64,000 nt of DNA, from assembly GCF_009914755.1 (NCBI RefSeq), contig NC_060939.1; one strand, given 5' to 3'. How positions within the stretch are numbered: the stretch's first letter is position 1; every line of letters starts with the position of its first letter. Shown piece by piece: positions 14,771 to 34,310 of this stretch. This DNA is from the human T2T-CHM13v2.0 reference genome, Homo sapiens. A model generated the notes under the pieces. That model was not told the origin of the DNA, made no database searches, and worked only from the letters and a program-made list of their open reading frames with translations. The position numbers and the translations under genes are program-made.

Positions 14771-15449
14771 GTAACTTCCCCATCATGTGCTTTTAAGCTA
14801 AAATCAAACTCTGAAGAAGATTCCAGATGCAGTATATATATGTACCCTTCCTAGCATTGCCTAAGTCTTCTGGAAAACTAAGTTTACGGAACCTCTGACA
14901 AGCATCCTTGGTGTTGGTGTCCTCCAGGGCAGGGATGTCTGTCCTCACTGTGGTTAGACTGCTGGTGTATTTGGTGGCAGATGTGGGAGCCTGAGGTTTC
15001 TGGGAAGGACCTGCTCTCTGCAAAAACACCCACAACAGAGAAGTGTTCGAGAGGTGGGAAGGTGTTTGGAAATGGCTGGAAGAGATATGACAAGCATGAA
15101 CAGATACAGCTTGGGGAGTGAGTCATAGGCAGGTATTAATGAAAAGAAACTTAACACTTGAACAAAGAATAGAATCACTCAGAACTGTGGCAAACATGAT
15201 GAAAATAAACACTAATACCTATCCCAAAAGAAATGGCACTGGAGACAGCCCACAGCGCAGGACATCAAGACTACTCCTTAGAGCCCTGGCTGGTTTTTGC
15301 CTCATATCCTACAGAAGCCAGTGGGGCAGAAGTAAAGTAACCAGCTGTTGGTCTGGCTATGTACTATTGTCTGTTTCATGAATTGTTCTTATTCTGTGGT
15401 ATCTTCTCTGCTTGCCTGCATAAGAACATTCTGCTCCTTTTCACAGAAT

Positions 15450-16180
15450 GCAGTCCTGTTTTCCTTTAGGCCCAGATCAATATCACCTCCTTTGTTAGGC
15501 TTTCCCTGACCTCTCTCCCCGTGCAGAGTTTAATGTTCTTTCCTTTGGGTTTTAACTCATCATACTGTGATGTAATGTTTATGTACCTGGATGTCAGCCA
15601 CTGAACTGGGAGCTCATGGAGGCCAAAGTCTTTCTCATCCTGCAATGTATTACAAACTACCCACCACAAACTGGGCACCTGAGAGATTTCAGCTGAACAC
15701 ATGCATGAAGCAAACAGCACTACTAAAGAATTAAAATTAACTTTGAATGAATTAGGATGCTCAGTGAATGGGAAGTGGCACTTTCTATTTAAATGAAGTT
15801 TTCCAAAAAGCTCTTGTGTCTTATCTAATTGTAAATAATCTATCTCAATTTTACCTGTCCTTGCTCCTGCTTAAACAGAAGCATCAGTGAATATCAAGAA
15901 TCTGTCCTTGCTGTTGGAAAGCACAGGAAGGAGTAACTGATTCTAATCAATGAGATTGTAGCAGGTTTTGAAACCGACATCTCCCCTCTTCTAATACTGC
16001 TCTCATTTGAATGACTTCTTTGATATCTGTATCCTCTATTAGGCTTCGTCAGCTCTGCAGGGGAAGGGAACAGACTGCATTGCTGCCTGGGGTATCTCAA
16101 AGGCCTAGCATAGTGCCTGGCACTGAGTAGATTTCAGTAGCACTTTGTTTACTGAATGTGTACACGAATTAATAAATCAA
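15450..16180 (+). mobile_element. L2 3' fragments (~15450-15720 and ~16020-16180)
   Basis: TATCACCTCCT...CTTTCCCTGACC; GCCTAGCATAGTGCCTGGCACTGAGTAG...TTTGTTTACTGAATG. Confidence 0.65.
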
Positions 16181-16822
16181 GGGCTTCACAGGAAAGGGGG
16201 CTCACTGAACCTCCCATCATTCATACCAACCTCAGGGCTACATTTACAGAGTGCCCACTGTGGATCAACTGCTCTTCTAAACACCTCAAAATTAACACAG
16301 GATAAGGACCATTGTCTATGTTTTACAGATGAGGAAACCGAGATTCCATGAGTTAAGTAACTCGCTTAGACTCACATCACCAGTTTTTGGCAGGCACATC
16401 ATTCAAACCAGTTCAAGCCTGATCCCAAAGTGAGTGTGTAGATAAAGGGGAAAAGCACTTTCTGGCTGAGAAAAAAGCATGGTAAAGGTGTGGACATGGA
16501 AGCGACTGATATGTTGAGAAACTGGCTGGGGAGTAGGGCTGTCCAGGGAGGAAGAGGCTGGCAAGGGAGCTCCGGTGGGGCTTACCACAGCATCCAGGAC
16601 TATAGACTATACCAGATCTGCACTAACCCCAGAATTTCCCTTAGAAGGTAATTTTCTGCATAAATCCTAGGTAATAGCTTATTTGCTAGGTCTTTTGCTA
16701 AACACAGAAGTATAGAGAAGAAAATTTCTAATACATCGAGGCTCCAATTACTTGGGTTCCAATTAATTAAATTTTACTGTCCTAGCTAGTAAAAAGTCCT
16801 AGCTAGATTACTTACAATTAAT

Positions 16823-18105
16823 TTTTTTAAATGAAAAATAATGTTATTTTACAGAAAAATTACAAAAATAATACAGGGAGCCCCCATATACCTTTTATCT
16901 AGTTTCATAATGTTAACTATTTACATAAATAGTGTATAATGATTGCAACTAGGAAACTAACATTGGCACAACACTATTCACTTACTCCAGACTTTATTTG
17001 GATTTCACCAGTGTTTCTTCTAATATCCTTTTCTGTTTCAGAATCCAGTCCAGGATCCCACATTGCATTTAGTTGTCCTGCCTCCAGAGTATCCTTCAAC
17101 CTTGCAATGGTTGCACAAACTGTGTCTTTAATCACCTTGGTACTTTTAAAGAGTACTGGTCTGCTGGTTTGTAGATTGTTCCTAAATTTGGGTTTGTTTC
17201 ATGTATCATGATTAACGTCACATATTTTTCACAAAATGTGCCAAATGTTGCCATCAGGGCAAGTCTATTACCTTGCATCATACCAGGGGGTACAGGATGT
17301 CACCTCCACCTTGATCACTTGGTAAAGATGAAGTGGGCTGGGTTTCATCACTGTAAAGTTACTATTTTCCCCTTTGTAATAAATAAGTATCTTGGTAGAG
17401 ATACTTTTAGACTATGCAAATATCCTATAGCTGCTCAAACTTCTGCTCACTAGTTTTAGCATCCATTGGTGGATCTTGTCTGCAACAATTATTACAGTGC
17501 TGTTCTCATATTCATTTTATGTTTTTCACATTTCTTGGGGAGTAATGAATTGGAACTATACCATAAAGCAAAGTTGCCCCTTCTTACCCACGTATGTATT
17601 TATTCAATTATTTATTAATATCAGAGTAGGCTCATGAATATTTATTTCATTATGTGGGCAATAATCTAATACTATCTTTTTTTATTTTCTTGTTCAAATT
17701 GCTCTGGAGTTGGCCACTGACAACTCCTGTGTCCTTTTGAAATGCCCTAATCCTTTTATTAAATACTTCTCACTTTGCAGCACCCTGGATGTGCCAGGTT
17801 CATCTGGTTTTTTCTGCCCAGCCTTGGAATCCACCAACTCTCCAAGGAACCTAGATTCTTTTTATAGAAAATGGCATTCAGAAACCAAGATCCGGGCACT
17901 AGATATGCATATTGCAACTAGGGTGCTATTTCTTCTAGGCCCTCTCACTAGACAAAGCTAGGAAATACATATATATCTTCACCCATGCATACTCATACAT
18001 ACATCTCTATTTCCATATCTATCATTTCATGTATATGTTACAAAACCACGAGTTCATACTAATACCTCTGATTCCAACTTAATACTATAGGTTTCACAGC
18101 CTTTA
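16823..18105 (-). mobile_element. L1MC-family (L1MC3/4-like) 3' UTR
   Basis: CAGACTTTATTTGGATTTCACCAG, GTAAAGTTACTATTTTCCCCTTTGTAATAAATAAGTATCTTG, GGCATTCAGAAACCAAGATC. Confidence 0.8.
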
Positions 18106-20831
18106 CAGTTTTCTTAATGAAGGCTTACTTTTGGAACAATTTTCTATCTCTCCCTATATTTAAACACTGCAGCATATCACCAGATTTCAGAAATTCTGCT
18201 GTGCTGAACCAAGAAGAAATATCTTCTAAGGCAGATGAGAGCAAAGGTATCCCCTTATGTTTTCATTGGCCAGTTTTATGTCACACACACCTAACACAAA
18301 GAGACACTAGCTGGCCCCTGTGGAAACTTTAAAGACAAGGAAAAGTAAAATGCTAAATAACTACTTGAAACTTGAAAGACCCCTTCCTCAGGTTTCTGAC
18401 AAAACATCCCCTACAGTACCTCAGATTGAGTAATACCGTTTAAGGGAAAGAGAGATTAGGGATCTCCACTTGTAATCAGAGAAGGCCTCTTTGCTGAGGC
18501 CAGAAAAATTAGGCCCTTTTCAGACCGTTAGCTTAAAGTGGTCAAACTTAGCCTCTCTGTATTACAAATGGGCTTCCACAGAAGAACTACGGCACTTTTT
18601 TCAAAAGCACTTATGGGTGTGCTTCCAGAAGAAGCCTGCTTTAGAAACCATAAGAAACATAAAGGGAATATGAAGGAAAACTAAAATATTTTGGTATAAT
18701 GCATGAGGAAAAAGAAGGCATCAGTAGAGTAAATGCCTCATTATGGCACAATTTCAGCAGGACCATGCATTAAGAACCTACTATACCCCAGTCTTACTGG
18801 AGACAGAGAGAAACAGAATATTCCTTTTATTATAAGGTGGAATTCATGAATTTCAGTTGGTGTTGTTTCTGTATTTGAAATATGACCAAATGATTGATGT
18901 ATTTAATTCAACTTCAATGAATCCCTAATGTGTGTCAGGTACCATGACAGATGCTAGATGGATAAAGGTGAATGGGCAATAAGCATTTAACGAGTTGGGT
19001 AATACATGATTTAATAATACTAACAATAATAAAAGTTGAAGACTGGAGCTCAACTGAGCATTTCAAGTTCTGGTTTTGCTTTTTTTTTTTCCTGATTTAG
19101 TGGGATAATGTATCCTCTTTCCTCTTTTGTTGAACACCATGCTCTTGCTGTATCTTGCATTCTACCCATAGAGATATTCTTCCTTCTTTTCCCCCATGTC
19201 CTCTTGATAGTCTAATTGTGCAAAAAAAAAAAAAAAAAACCCAAAAAAACCCTTTTTCTCAGTCCCTAGCACACTTCCTGCCATGATCCCAATTACACAC
19301 TCCTCACCCTGTCTACATTGCCGATGGGAATGCAAAATGGGGCCCTATTCTGCATTAAATACTGAAAAAAAAATGACCTAAAAATCCTTTTTTAAAAAAA
19401 AAATACATTCACTATTTCCATGTCTTTAGAGGCTTGATAAATTTTTTTTGCAAGATATTGGAGGTGAACAAGAGAGGGGCTAGAAGAAAAGAATGCTCTC
19501 ATGAAAATTCAGAACTCCGGTGTAGACTTGCTCATGTAGAAGAAACAGCCCTGACACTCTGGTCAGCCCATTGTCAAACAAGACTCAAGATACCCAGCCC
19601 CTTACACATCTTTGTTTCCTTTTTTTTTTTTTTTTTAAAGAAGTCCATATCCTTAAAAGCCCCACAATAGAGGAGACATTTATCAGTGACAGTGCTGTTT
19701 TCCAAGCATCTTTATGGAGGCTTAAAAAAGAAAGCAAAGTTTAATGTACATATCAATGAAAACTGTTTACAAGGCAGAAGATTGCACCCAGCGTGAGCCT
19801 TCTGACACATTTATCACTTCATTCCAAAGCTGGGTGGGAAGAAGCGACCTTCCCCCGACAGCTGATGCCTGGTAAAAAGGATGAAGAAAGTGTCAGAAAT
19901 TTTATGAATCTTCTGCAGGCAGTTATAATAGTGAAAATGATCATGATTCTTTTCTCCATCCCCATTCATAAATCTCCGTCAGCACTTGAAGATAACACTG
20001 ACAATCTATTGTAGTCTTTCAACACATGCTACTATTGTGGCAGCTTAACTTAGAGCCCAGGAGTGGTACCTGAAATTGGAAGCCTTCCTGGTAAGGTATG
20101 TACTGATAAGATGCCGAAGAGGGAGAGAGAGTAATGGGAAAAGAAGCAGGAAGTTGGGGTGGGAGGGAGGCAGGAAAGGAGAAGTGTTCTAGCCCTAACT
20201 GTATGAAGGGAAGCAAACCACTTTGCATTTCTGTGATCTACTTTTCTCTGTCAAATAAAAATAACAATATTTGCTTTTCCTAACTCACAGGAGAAATGTG
20301 AAGAGAAAAACAAGATAATGGATGTAAAACCACTTTGAAAAGTTGAAAGCACTATGCTAATATGAGGTATTACTATTCATATTATTGTGCTTTTGTGGTG
20401 GAAAATGTTCAAAGGAGAAGGATCCAACTAATTAGCAGTAAATGTGTAGCTTGGAAAAGATATGTGGGCGACATCAGGCGGGGAAGAGAATCTTACACTT
20501 GTATTGGCAAAGCTGAAATTCGACATGAGTTCAGTGTTCCATATTGCCAAGCTGATAGTATGTGCTCAATAAATATTTATTGACTGAGTGATTACTTTTA
20601 GTGCATTGTGTAATAGTTGTTTCTGTAACGTCTTCCTCACTGTGGCAGTTGTTTAAGACAGGAATTACGCTTACTTAATTTATCACTCTTTCCCAGAGAC
20701 AGTTACAAGGCTAGCATTCAATAAATATTTATTGAATAAATGAAAAAAATAAATGAATGGAAGAAGGAAATAATGGCAAATGTCTCCATAATTATGGTGA
20801 ATCAGTTAAACTAATGATTACTAAAAAATTA

Positions 20832-21990
<1,159 letters not shown>

Positions 21991-22254
21991 ATTTCGAGTA
22001 TCTTCACTGACATTTGAGAGAAATGACTACTCCCGCTTGGTCTTGGTCCATACCATATTTCCTTCCCTCCCTCATGGTTTTCCTCCTGCTTTGGACAACC
22101 TCTCTTCGGCTAATTTTAGGCTTTTCTTCTTGCCTCTTGTATTCAGAGTTCCTTGGGGCTGTATCTTGAATTTTCACTCCTACCTTTTGGAGATCTCATC
22201 TCAATTCATGATTAGAATTCTGCCTGTATGTTGATAATTCCCAAATCAACATTT

Positions 22255-26963
<4,709 letters not shown>

Positions 26964-27669
26964 CCCAAATCAACATTTCTGAGTGACTTCTCATGAACTC
27001 CAGGCTTGTATACTCAACCAGATGTTTTCTGATGTTTCCAGATGGATCTCAAATTCGATGTGTTCATTACCAAATGTATCATTCCTTTCTTCTTCACCAC
27101 AAATCTGCCACTCCCACTGTTTCACTTTCAGTACAGGAGAGCACTATTACTAGACCACACAAGCCGAGACCCTGTCATTTAAATCCAATCATTCCCAAGT
27201 CCTGTAGATTTTCTGTCCCAAGCATTTTCTCAGGTTGGTTCCTTCCTGTCCATTTCTATTGTTATTGCTTTTTGCCATAGATGTTTAGCTTCTTATGATA
27301 TCTTCTTACATTACTGCAAGAATTTCCTCACTCTTATCCTTGCTGGGAGCCTGCACCTTCCTCCCTTCCATGCTCGACATTACTTGCAGCCACAGTGATC
27401 TTTCCCCAACATAAATCTCATGTTGCTACTGTGTTCAAAATCCTCTGATGGTTTACTTTACCTTCAGGACAAAATTCAAACTCTTTAGTTTGATACCCAA
27501 AGCCTTTTTTACTTAATTCCACTCACTGCACAACACATCTTGAGTTTTGGTTCTCCTGGCAGTGCCTGAGTAGCCTAGCCATCCATCTCTTTGTTTGTCA
27601 ATTCATTTATTACTACGGAGTGTTCATCCTGTCCAAAGAGCTATGATGTTTCACCTTCCTGAATCTTAC

Positions 27670-27797
27670 ATGAAGGATGCTGACCTGCAATTATGACTAG
27701 AAAAGAGACACTGGGGGCTTCACACTGACAGAAGTTTTTGGTTACAGAAATTCAGCCCCTACTCTTCCTTATTAAAGAGTTAATTGTCCGTGGCCAC
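27670..27797 (+). repeat. Copy 1 of a ~130-bp local duplication
   Basis: About 87% identical to 30038-30170 by manual alignment. Confidence 0.9.
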
Positions 27798-27801
27798 CGT
27801 C

Positions 27802-28103
27802 TTTTTTTTTTTTTTTTTTTTGGAGACGGAGTCTCACTCTGTCCCCCAGGCTGTAGTGCAGTGGCACAGTCCCAGCTCACTGCAACCTCCACCTCCCGGG
27901 TTCAAGTGATTCTCCTGCCTCAGCCTCCTGAGTAGCTGGGACTACAGGCGCGAGCCACCATGCCTGGCTAATTTTTTGTATTTTTAGTAGACACAGGGTT
28001 TCACCATGTTAGCCAGGATGGTCTCGATCTCCTGACCTCGTGATCCACCCACCTTGGCCTCCCAAAGTACTGGGATTACAGGCATGAGCCACCGCGCCCG
28101 GCC
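27802..28103 (-). mobile_element. AluSc-like
   Basis: GTTAGCCAGGATGGTCTCGATCTCCTGACCTCGTGATCC; TSD CGTGGCCACCGTCTTTT / CATAGCCACTGTCTTTT. Confidence 0.95.
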
Positions 28104-28997
28104 CATAGCCACTGTCTTTAATGCGTTTTGCACTTTTTTGTATATAACTAACTTCCAAAAACCCCTAGAGACTCAATACAATGGTCTCTTCTCCTGAAAG
28201 ACTTACTGACTCTCTATCTTATTTTGATATTCCTCAAACCCCCCTACAAGCATAATGGCCTTGGTTCTCATACAGGCCTTACCACACAGCATTGCATTCC
28301 TCTATCTCCTTGCTTAAGTGTCTCCCCAGCTAAATAAAATCTCCATGAAGGCAGTATTTAACATTTTAATCCACTGGAACAGGGTGGCTTTACTGACTTG
28401 TTGAATGAAGTCAACCTCAGTTGCATTCCTATTCACCCACTTCCCTGCTCAATCATCTTGGAAAAATTATGTAACCTGGGAAATTTCTTTGAGTCTTCTC
28501 GGTTGTGATCATATTTCATAGGACCATATTTTGAGGAGATTGAATAATACAATGTAGGTCAAACTTTAAGCACATGACCTGGCTTCTGGTGGATGGTTCA
28601 CAAATGTTAGTTCTAGCAGTTTAACCATCATTTCCAATGGTGTAAGCCACCTCTGGCCTTCCAGAAGAAGATATCCTGAGGTATAAACTATTGCAGAAAG
28701 AGACTGTATTCCTGTCGTTGGCCCATTCTGTGTGAGAGAAAAGTCTGGAGACATTTGAAAGATAAAGGCTGTATGAATTGACTACATATAACACATTAGA
28801 TGAAATACAAATGGAAAGTCAAATCGGACATGATATAATTTAACATGAACATGTGACTCTTGCAAGTCATCTCAGTATGAAGTTAGCTTTCTTCCAGAAA
28901 CATTTATTCCTTCACTAAACAAGCTTCCACTATGTGTAGAGTCCTATGAAAGATGTGATAAATGACCCAGGAATAAAGCAGACCCAGCGCTGTTTTG

Positions 28998-29230
28998 GTA
29001 GGAAGAACATAGAAAGATTTATCAGAGACCTTTGATCCAACTCCTGGCTTTATCATTTACTAGCTATGTTATCCTAGACAAAACTCTTAATCTTTCTGAA
29101 ACTCAGTTTCCTCAGTTGTAAAATAGAGATGATGTTAATAAATACCTCCCTTAATTTGAATAATAAATGAAATAATGTAAGAATCACATGATAAACCTTG
29201 AAGTGCTATAGGAATACATCAATTTTTATT
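28998..29230 (+). mobile_element. MIR
   Basis: CTCAGTTTCCTCAGTTGTAAAATAGAGAT core. Confidence 0.8.
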
Positions 29231-29244
29231 GATGTGCTGCTTTT

Positions 29245-29695
<451 letters not shown>

Positions 29696-30037
29696 TAAGA
29701 AATTTAGAGCCTAGCAGGGAAGATAAGACATATCACGAAATATGGAAAATAATGGCCACTAGTTGAGGGAGTCTGGAGGGGCTGAAGTGTGCAAGTGCTC
29801 TTTCTTAAATTCTACTTTGTTTACTTGAGTAAAGGCACTTTGGTTTTGGCATCTTGTTTTGTGTTTTGCTTTGGCCTATCTCCCTTCCCTCTCTCCTACT
29901 TACTTTCATGTTTTTGCTTTTGCTGTCCTGCTGAGCAAACAAACAAACCTCAAAGCCCTGTGCTTGTTCAACTCACTCCCACTTTCTAACGTTTTCCATC
30001 ACAGGTCTTTTTTTCTGACTCTGACTTATTCTAAAAG

Positions 30038-30170
30038 ATGAAGATGCTGACTTACAATTATGACCAGAAAAGAGAGAGTGGGGGCTTTACACTACAGGTT
30101 TTTGGTTACAGAAATCCAGCACTTACTCTTCCTTATTAAAGAGTTAATTGTCCACAGCCAGCTGTTTAAT
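30038..30170 (+). repeat. Copy 2 of the ~130-bp local duplication
   Basis: Paralog of 27670-27797 plus 28104-28123. Confidence 0.9.
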
Positions 30171-31059
30171 CCACAATATTTTCATGTATCCAGAGGAAAG
30201 TGTGAACCAGAAGCTCTCAGAGAATGAACTATCAGAGAAGGCATGGTCAGTTCAGCTTTCTTTAAATGTGATGGGGTTTGTAGAGATAATAAATATAACT
30301 TTTTAAAGCCTGGAGTGCTTGATTAATGAAATGAGGCTTCTTTCTACTAGATCTCATTTACAATCTAATTTACAATGTTCCATTTTTTGCTTAATATTAA
30401 GGGACAATATTTTATTATAAGGGATTGTTTTTTTCAATTAATATGCACTTATAATAGATTTTCTACATTCTTTAAGGTAATTTTGGGTCCTGAGGCTACC
30501 ATAGCTCTGATATTACAATGAAAATAAGTGAGAATATAGGGTTTGGCTTCACATCTAATGTTTCATGGGTATAGCTATTTCAGAAATCAAGGTAACCTTG
30601 CGCTTAAACTTAATAGAATCATAAAAATACATTAACCTTAAGGTTAAACCCCATTTGTATTTATAAATAGGGAGCAAATTTCTCAGTAGCAGGGATGCTG
30701 TTGTGAATTTATCACCTTTCCTCATGTCAGTATGAGACATGGACCTAGTCTAAGGAGAGAAGTCAGAACAGGGCAAACTCTACAAATTTAGGATTTTTTT
30801 TTTTCATTTTAAAATCAGGGATTTGGTCAACATTAGGCTTTTCCTCAAAGTGTGTCCTATATAGTCCTATAGGTCCCACAGGTATCTTCGATACTGCCAT
30901 GAAGAACAAGAAAAGCTTTAAACATGCAGAATTCTGGGCCTTCCCAGCTAGAGCCAGAGAAATTCTGCTTTTATTTTATTCTAATATATTGAGCTTCTGA
31001 AAATTATTTGAAATAAGAATTATGTCGTTATAAAGAACACATTGACCTAGGTTAACCCT

Positions 31060-32660
31060 GAGATTCATGTCAGAAAATTATTAAAAACTAAATATCTTGA
31101 AAAAGCCACCAGCTCCAAAACATCTAGAAACATAGGATAAAATGTAAAAATGTCTGCTTAAGTTTGGCTAAGTTTTCAGCAATGACAGGCAAAACCTGAG
31201 GGGCCCAAAGCTAGGAGGAGTGGAATCAAGAATAATAGCCTCCTACTGAAGCTTTTGCTGCTTTCAGGGCCTTTGCCAGTCCCTGTGACTTGAGGGACTA
31301 GATGGCTGCATGTGAGAACCTGAGACTAACCTTGGGACTGTACACGGTATGGTTTCAAAATTAAGACTCCTATACAGAGTCAAAGGCCTTCAAAGGAGCC
31401 TAACTTCAGTGAAAGGGTGGGCTAGAAAACTTTAGCTTGGTAACAAGAGGAGAAACTTGTTAATCTGGGTATAAACTCTTGTGAGGGAGAAAATGTCTCT
31501 CTTGAGAATTTGTGAACACAGATCGGTGCTCACATGAATTTCAAGCTTACCTCTGTGCTATCAAGGTGATCTAGGAAGTCACCTAGATATGGATTTATAA
31601 TTACCATAGCACAAGCATATGGCAGAAACAAAAGCAAAGCTTTCCTATAAAGAATCACTCTTAAAATGGACTTTGCAGAACTCACATGAAATGAATAAGT
31701 TGGGAAACCAGAGTTGTAAAACTCTGAGAAATAAACCAAAATGAATTAAGATTGACAAAACCACAAACAAAAGAATTAAGACTCCTGTGGATTTTAATAT
31801 GAATTGTCAGAAAAATACTACAAAATTGGTATGTTTAAAATGTGTAAAGAAATAAAAGAGGGAATTGAAAATATGATCAAGGAACATTATGAAAAAAAAT
31901 AGAAGGACATCTTGAAAAAAAGAGAAATTCTAGGAATAAAAAAGATCACAACTTTAAAAATTAGCAACTCAATTGATGGTTTGAAAAGCAGAGTAGAGTT
32001 AAAGAATTGGTGAACTGGAAAGTAGCTCTAAAGAAATTGTTTATTGTATACTGACTGTATACTAAAGTAATTAATGTTTAAAGAAGAAGATAAAAGTATA
32101 ATACAACAATTTAGAAAAACATTGACTATTGAAAGAGACAGTCTAGAAAATGTCTAATCAAAACTTCAGAAGGAAAAACTAGTGAAAGTAGGAGTGGGTA
32201 ATATTTGAATGATAGCAAGAATTTTCAGAATTGATGGAAGTCACAAATTCTCAGATTCAGAAACCAAAACAAATCTCAATAACAAAAAAATTCTATATCT
32301 AGAAATAAAATTACAGAACAAAAAAGATAAATAAAAAACAGCAAAAGCAGCTTTAAAAAGATTACCTTCAAATAAATAACAATTGAACTCACGTAAGACT
32401 CCTTACAGCAATATGGAAATCAAAACAAACTGAAATATCTCCAAAATTCAGATTAAAATATCTATACATATATACCCAGGAAATATATCTTTCCAAAATG
32501 AAGATGAAACAAAAACATTTTTAGACAAAATTGAAGTTTACCAACAACAGATCTTCACTAAAGGAATATTTAAAGGAGTACTTTAAGAAAAGTAAACATG
32601 ATTCTAGAAGGAAAATATGTATCTAAAAAGGAATGAGCAAAGAAATTGCTTCCAGAGATT
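31060..32660 (+). mobile_element. Ancient L1M 5' UTR/ORF1 remnant
   Basis: A-rich ORF1-like debris: AATTTTCAGAATTGATGGAAG..CAGATTCAGAA; CCAACAACAGATCTTCACTAAAGGAA. Confidence 0.65.
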
Positions 32661-33999
32661 AAGTGCTGTGATTCTGTGAAAGTTGTTCATATCTAATCAG
32701 AAGAGGCTATTTTTGGGTGAGAGAGATGTGAGAGAGAGAGAGAGAAAATAAAATTTCTGCTCTTTTAGAGGAAGAGAAAATAAAATTTCTGATCTTTTAG
32801 GATTAGCAACAATATTTTACTATTCAAGGTTTGCCACAAAGCGCCTCTATAGAATCAAATCTACAAAAAATGAAGGAAAACTGGGATTCACAGGTAACAA
32901 CACTTCTCAGCTACAACCATTATACTCTAGTAGATGCCTCTATCTCATCATTCATTTACATATTAATTGTACATGATTTTAAATATTCCCTCATGCATTC
33001 CTATCTATTCTCATCCTTTCAAATTGGGGTACCTACCAAGGAAATGCCATATTTCTATATAATTTCTGCTTGAGAGTGCTGCCTTCAGTGTCATCAGAAA
33101 CCATAAGTTTGAAAGCAGCCTGCAGTAGTGCTAAAGGCTGGAAGAAATTATTGAAGAGTGCCGCAGACCCTGCACTGAGAAAATCACTGTTTACACTTCT
33201 TCAATTGCATTAACTGAGCCAATTAGTAGTAAAAGCAGCTTCTTTAAAAGATGAAAAGAAAATATAGTAAATATCAGCCCATCGTTATGTAAAGTGCCAA
33301 TCCAAGTTTGTATACTGTTTGTTAAAAATTATACAAATACGGTAAAGGGTGAAGGTCCAGTCAATTGTTTTATTGTCCGGTCAGCCCTGCTGCGATAAGT
33401 TGTTTCTTATCCTAGATAGTGCCTGGGGAAATCCTAAAAATGGCAGACAGAATTTAAAAAATAAGCTCAAAGCAGCCAGCCTGTGGATTCTGGAAGCAGC
33501 TTTATCACAATTGCCTGGGTATCCTTGTATAGGAATGAACCTACCTACTTTTCTTTTCCTGACAGAGACGTATCACTGTTTCCTGCTACCACCTCACTCC
33601 CACTTTCCAAACCATCATTCCGGTATGGAAATATGGTACTAATATGTTTGGCATCCTGGAGCGTTCATTGTACTACATTTACAAAGGGGCATTGTCACTC
33701 TGTGCATGAACCAAGGCTCACTCTTTATTTTGCTGTTCTCTCTTCAACACAGCTAGTGACTAAGTAAATTAAGGTTTTGCTCTTCTTTTTTCACACATTC
33801 CTGAACATTATGGCCATTCTGTTCAGTTTTTAATAATGAGCCAGGGCAGAATCTGGTAAGATTCAAGATTTGGATTGAAGCTTTAGTGAATGATGAAGAC
33901 TCCTTAGATTTTAAATCCAAGACGTTTGCTCTTTGCTCTTAAGAGTGTTATGAGAGCTTTGCATTGGGCTTCTTCAGTGCTCTTGCAAGCTAAAATCAA

Positions 34000-34310
34000 A
34001 GAAGTCTTGTTGTTTCACATTTGCTTACTGTTCCTATGTATTTCTCTCTTGAGAGATGGTAATAATTGCTAACATTAGGTGGGTGCTTAATTCTTGCTAG
34101 GCATGGTTCCTAGTGCCTAATGTAAATTAATGTTAGTATTACAATAATAGTCCTATGCAGTACTACCAAAACAGTCTCCTTTTTACAGATGAGGAAAATA
34201 AGGTCTAGGGATTAAATAACTATATTCAAGGTCACAGAGAGAGTTAACAGTGAACGTAGAAATTAAACCCAGGCAGTCTTTTCATATTGAATATACTATG
34301 CTCTGCTCTT
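34000..34310 (-). mobile_element. MIR
   Basis: TTTTACAGATGAGGAAAATAAGGTCTAGGGATTAAATAAC..CAAGGTCACAG. Confidence 0.8.

Noticed and set aside
19222-19250. Isolated poly(A) run
   Set aside because: No flanking direct repeat, unlike 13848-13901; treated as a slippage homopolymer
30038-30139. 33-codon ORF MKMLTYNYDQKRESGGFTLQVFGYRNPALTLPY after an acceptor-like AG
   Set aside because: Very short, no recognisable homology, frameshifted in the paralogous copy
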